Assembly (NCBI GenBank): GCA_047495785.1
Contig: JBLDXI010000017.1
Location: forward strand, 1,178,001 to 1,242,000
Direction: 5' to 3'
Length of the DNA: 64,000 nt
Source: Lepidodermella squamata
Lineage: Eukaryota > Animalia > Gastrotricha
Below the pieces are notes generated by a model. It was not told the origin of the DNA, did not search any database, and worked only from the letters and a program-made list of their open reading frames with translations. The translations under genes were made by a program, and so were the position numbers. Shown one piece after another: positions 59,223-64,000 of the stretch (position 1 is the first letter of the stretch; each line of letters begins with the position of its first letter).

Positions 59223-61940
59223 ATGAACGAAGCCATTTCAGGCGAGGCAAATGGTGATGCGCCGATTAATTTTCTGGAAATTGACGATTATTTCAATAAT
59301 TTGTTACTGTCCCAACAACAGGTGTGTAATTTTGATTAATTAATTATTTCAATTTTTTAATTAATTTATTTCCAGAACTCTCAACCGTCCGAAGAGTTGC
59401 GGGTTGTTTGTCAGTCGCCCATCAGCCCAGTTGCCGATGTCCCAAGTTTCGTAGCTGTGACGTATAACCAGCAACCAGCCGAACCACCTGTTGCTCAAGC
59501 GACGTGCTCACCTCAGCCGCAAGTCGAACAATCGGCGATTCCTGGTCTTACCAGCGTTATCACGGTCAATAACAACGCCCATCATCAGCAACAGCATGTC
59601 GATGCCGATATGGAGATTCAAAATTTTGTCGAAGACCTGTTTCAAACGGGCCAAAACGCGGCTGCTATGTACGCCAGCAGCGCTGAACAGGGTGGCGGGT
59701 CTTTGGTCACCCTGGTGGCGCCAAATCCTGTAAACTACTACAACCAGGCCTATCAAAATTTCAATTACTATCACCAATCATTATCGTATTCAGACTATCA
59801 TCAAAACCCAGGTAATTAATTTCGATTTTAATTTTAATTTAATTTTTAAATATTTTTTAAATTGCAGTAGCTCACGATTGCTATGGCCCTGGGTGCTGTG
59901 ATGTGTACCTTTGCCCGAATAACCATCAGCACAATTATCAAATTATGGCCAGCAGTGAAGCGTGTCCGAGCGGTGTTGTAGCCGACCACCACATTCGATC
60001 GTCTTGTTATCTTCAAAATTCAACTCATTTTTCAGCGCAAAATGACCAACAAATGGCTGTTGATGAAACGGCTGTCTACACCGCCCTGGCGCCGGCCGAT
60101 AATTCGTGGCAGTCGACGTCAACCGACTACAACCATCAGCAGCAACAGCTCTACTCAGTGGCTGCGTATGACATGACGCCGTACCAGCCGGTAATTCAGT
60201 CGGATAATTCGGCGTTTCGACAACCTAACCAAGATGTGAATGAAGATTTGCTCATGTTGGCTCAACAGGGTGACTCGAACAACGAAGCGGCGAAAAATCA
60301 ATGGAGCGTGGCGACGCCTAGCGCGTGTTCTTCATCATCGACCAGCGGTAATAACAGTGTTCTGAAGCCGAATTCAATCGCCGACGAAAGGCAGTTGGAC
60401 TTGTTGGCGCAGCAATTTACGGATACAGCGAAAGATTCGCAAATTCGTTATACGAAAAATTCGCGCCGTTTGCGCGCTCTTTTGCGCGCCAAGGTGCTGC
60501 CAGTTGTCACGGAGCAGGTCACGCACAAAAGCCGCGGGCGGGTCGGTCGGCCGCAAAAAGTGCCCCAGCAGCCGCTGAGTGCTCAAATGACCCCGGTTTC
60601 GGGCGACGAGGCGACACTAAGTGGCGCTCGAACTCACCCAGGCTGCACGACGATTCGTTACAACAGGGCGAAGGTCAACCCGGAGTCGCAAAAACGACGC
60701 GTTTATTACTGCGATTATGAAGGTGCGTTATTTTAATTTAGTTTTTTTTCGTCTTTTAATTTAATTTGTATTTTAAGGGTGTAATAAAGCGTACACGAAG
60801 AGTTCACACCTGAAAGCCCACAAGCGACTCCACACAGGTACGTCATTTTGCCACCTAGCATAGTTTTGATGAGTCGATAATTTCTGGAGTAATAATTAGG
60901 CGTCAATTGCGCGCTCATTTTGCTGCGCACGCAAATTTTGAGGTTTTTATTGTCGCTGTGATGCGCTTTTGCGGCGCGCGTTAATTTTCTCACCTTTGCG
61001 GCGAACGAGCGCGCGCATCTTTTGCGTGCGCCACGCATTATGAAATCCATGCCTCACTCAATTATGAGAGTTGTACGGATGCAAATTATCTCATATAAAT
61101 GCGCGAAATACTTAATCAAATTTGATTGCGCTGAATAAAAAATAAAAAACGCCGCCTTAAAAATTAGGTAGTTAAAACGTGAAATATCAATTTTAATAAT
61201 ATATTTATATTTTTTCCAGGTGACAAGCCATACTGTTGCCCATTACCTGGTTGTGACTGGCGCTTCATGCGTAGCGACGAATTAACTCGCCATATTCGGA
61301 AACACACCAACGACCGGCCTTTCTCTTGCGACAAATGTGACAGAAAGTGAGTAACATTGCTGTTCAAAATTGCAAAAAATTCTCGATTTTTATGAAACAT
61401 TTTCTTATGAAATATTGTTTTTTTAGATTCATGCGATCGGACCATCTCCAACTTCACCGAAAGCGCCACGAGGAGAATGAAGCGGCCGGCGGCGATGGTT
61501 TAGAACTTCGGACCACAGCTCGATCGTCGAAAAATTCACCCTCCAGCCGCAACTCGGCGCCTCTGTCGTCACCTAGCAGCGAGCACCAGGGCGCTGTGGG
61601 TGTCATTCGATCACGCCGAAGCGCAACAGCGAGCCGAAAATCGTCGCGCCTAAGTGCAAGTGAACCGTCCCCATTTCAGCAGCAATCATCAATTTCAACC
61701 AGGGCATCGAATTATTACGCCGATCCGCAATCGCTCAACGTCTACAACCAACAGGGTGGCTACAACGTGGTCGACGATGAAACTCTGCGGCTTTTACGCC
61801 ATGATGAAATCGATAGTGATGACAGTGATGATGCGCCGGCGTTGTACGCCAGCAGTCGCTTCTCTTCGCCTAATGTCATGGTCTGCCATCGGCAGCAAAA
61901 TCAATCGACCACCGTTAGCGAGTGGACACTGCCGCTATAA
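59223..61940 (+). CDS. KLF5: Kruppel-like factor (three C2H2 zinc fingers), KLF5-like
   Basis: Six exons; [66 protein letters not shown]. The pre-finger segment resembles KLF5; exact orthology is less certain than family. Confidence 0.88.
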
Positions 61941-62496
61941 ATAAATAAAATCAAAATAATTATTTGAAATTCTCAGCAAAATCAAATTTTTCATGTGCAA
62001 AAAATGATTATGATGTCTTCCAAATTCTCAACATTATTAATATATTGGGAAAAAGTGTCTCTTTTATTGTAAAAATCGATGTTTTGTGGTGTTCGAAATT
62101 CTTGTTGAAAAAATGAATAAAATAAAATTTGAATAAATCGAATTTTTTTGAATATCTGGTTTTTCGACGCATAAATTTCCCTATCGCCAATATTTTTCTG
62201 CCGGTACGTTTGTAAATTCATATGCCGCGTGCTGGTATAGCACCATCGAAAAAATTAGCCGGCGTACTTTCGCACAGGTCGACGCGCCAATTTCTCGAAT
62301 GAATAATTCAGCGCAGCTTTTTCACGCGTGCTATTGCTCTCCCCACGACAACGCCTTCGATCCGAAAATCGCAAGTCGTTTTGTCATAACAGCAGCAATA
62401 ATAACCACCCTTAGAATGAATGAGCACTAAGCCCATTCTCAGCTGCAGTTTCTCACCTATACTGTTGGCTTTCGTTTTTGTGCGACGATCTAGTAA

Positions 62497-64000
62497 ATGA
62501 AGACTGTCAATTTTTCCGAGCCAAATTCTGCTCCTTGGAAGTACTCCAAGTTCGACGAATGCAAGGAAGCTGAATGCGCCGTAGATGTGCTAGCTCCGCC
62601 GCCCTATTCCCGACCTCCCGAAGACATCTGGCCAATGCATCGCTGTTCGGTACTTGATAAGGTCCTCCTCGATGACGGGACAAAATTCAAAAGCGCCCCG
62701 GATATGTTGTTACCAAATTCCACCTACCGTAGCATGGTAACTACACGGAAGATCAAAAGTGCCTTCCCTACTACAACAAACGCTGAAGAAATCAAAGTTG
62801 ACACTCAGAAGGCCGAGAAAATAATCAAGGTCCCTCAGCATCCCATTCAAATGGTTCCAACCCCGCGTCAACACCACGATTTGCGGTGTCGGAAGATGAA
62901 AATGGAAGCCGAGGCTAGAATGTCGATGTTGTCGAAAAGCGACACAGTCTGTCCGAGTTCTGGCTTAACTGGCGGACGGGTTAACCTTGCGGAAAAGCCA
63001 ACCATCTGTGACCATCATCCAGATTCTAAGAAATGCTGGGCCAGAGTTCGACTACGTCAAAGTACGTCATGCGAGCCGATAAAACGGTCTATGCCTGCTT
63101 CAAAGCCCAAGATTCAAGTGACATCGTCTGAGTTGGCTGCTATAGACGATGACTATCTAATCACTAGCAAGGGTTACTTTGACGATGACGACCGTAAACT
63201 GTTACGCTTGAATGGAAGCCCTCCTCCGCCATCTCCAGAGAGTCAATTAACGAAGTTAGCGAAAACTGAAAACAAAACAGTTAGTAATCGTTCGAAAAGA
63301 ATCCCACCTAAAGTGGTTACCTACCCTACTCCGAACAAATCTCTCATTAAAGAGTCTAATGAGAAGTCCTTTTTTGTCGGATGTAGCAAAGAAAATTTGG
63401 ATAAAGATGACTTTGAAGATGATTCAATCCAATACTCAGCGTCTCCAAGTATCGGAAGCCCTGCAGTGTTCGATCCATCCCCAGTTTCTCCGAGGAAGAA
63501 AGGCCCTGAGCCTGAGAATCTTGTCCATCCATCCGTGAAGAAACTGGCAACAGGACCGATGAATAGAAGCCAGTCTGTTCCGTCAACTTACACCATGATC
63601 ACTCTCACGCCATCAGCAGTGCCACCACCAAACAGCGTCGCGCCGCCCCCATCTGCGTTTTTAGGATCCTTGGATAACTTGACATCCTCCGCATTGGTAA
63701 CAAGGGCCGTACGCCATGAAAGTGAGCCCGCCATTAAAAATGCAGTGACCGAACTGCCGACGCCAGTAGAGGAAGCTACCGTCGCTGGCCATTCAGGTTT
63801 GAGTTGCTTATTTCTTTTCGCCTCTGTAGTATTTAACTAGAACTGCATGATTTTGAGCTTGAATGAAATCCGGATGAATGATGAATGATGCTTTTTATGA
63901 TAGATGTCAAGAAGTGGGAAAGTCGACGAATTACTGATTCTGCGAAACGGAAACTTCTCGAAAACATTGCTGCAACTCAACAGAACGCTGCTGAGAGGAA
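62497..64000 (+). CDS. Orphan Pro/Ser/Lys-rich protein with N-terminal Cys/His module, 3'-truncated
   Basis: 447-aa ORF; probable intron 63798-63903, then frame open to window end. Confidence 0.7.

Noticed and set aside
1-64000. Prokaryotic features (CRISPR arrays, RBS-based operons, IS elements) or an alternative genetic code
   Set aside because: Spliceosomal introns throughout; apparent premature stops resolve as short introns under the standard code; no repeat-spacer array seen.

Overview
Eukaryotic (metazoan, invertebrate-type) genomic DNA with compact genes and mostly ~50-57 nt GT-AG introns; the organism cannot be identified from sequence alone. All gene models below were assembled by hand from splice sites and reading frame. 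Left to right: (1) seven tandem carbohydrate sulfotransferase genes (CHST8-14/HNK-1ST type; one frameshifted, one lacking an intron); (2) an F-box gene convergent with an LRR gene; (3) a rhodopsin-type peptide-receptor-like GPCR with a signal-peptide/prohormone-like exon upstream; (4) gamma-glutamyltranspeptidase and heparan sulfate 3-O-sulfotransferase. (5) A ~20 kb island (34.4-54.1 kb) holds ten dispanin/CD225(IFITM)-like membrane-protein genes interleaved with a secreted short-lid lipase, two intronless AIG1/GIMAP-like GTPases carrying signal peptides and a tRNA-Glu/tRNA-Asp/U3 snoRNA trio, then three secreted proteins, two with amphipathic helices. (6) A KLF5-like transcription factor is flanked by two orphan genes sharing an unrecognised Cys/His N-terminal module. 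The island is the best candidate for an undescribed system (a membrane-directed defence or secretion locus); that functional reading is inference only.
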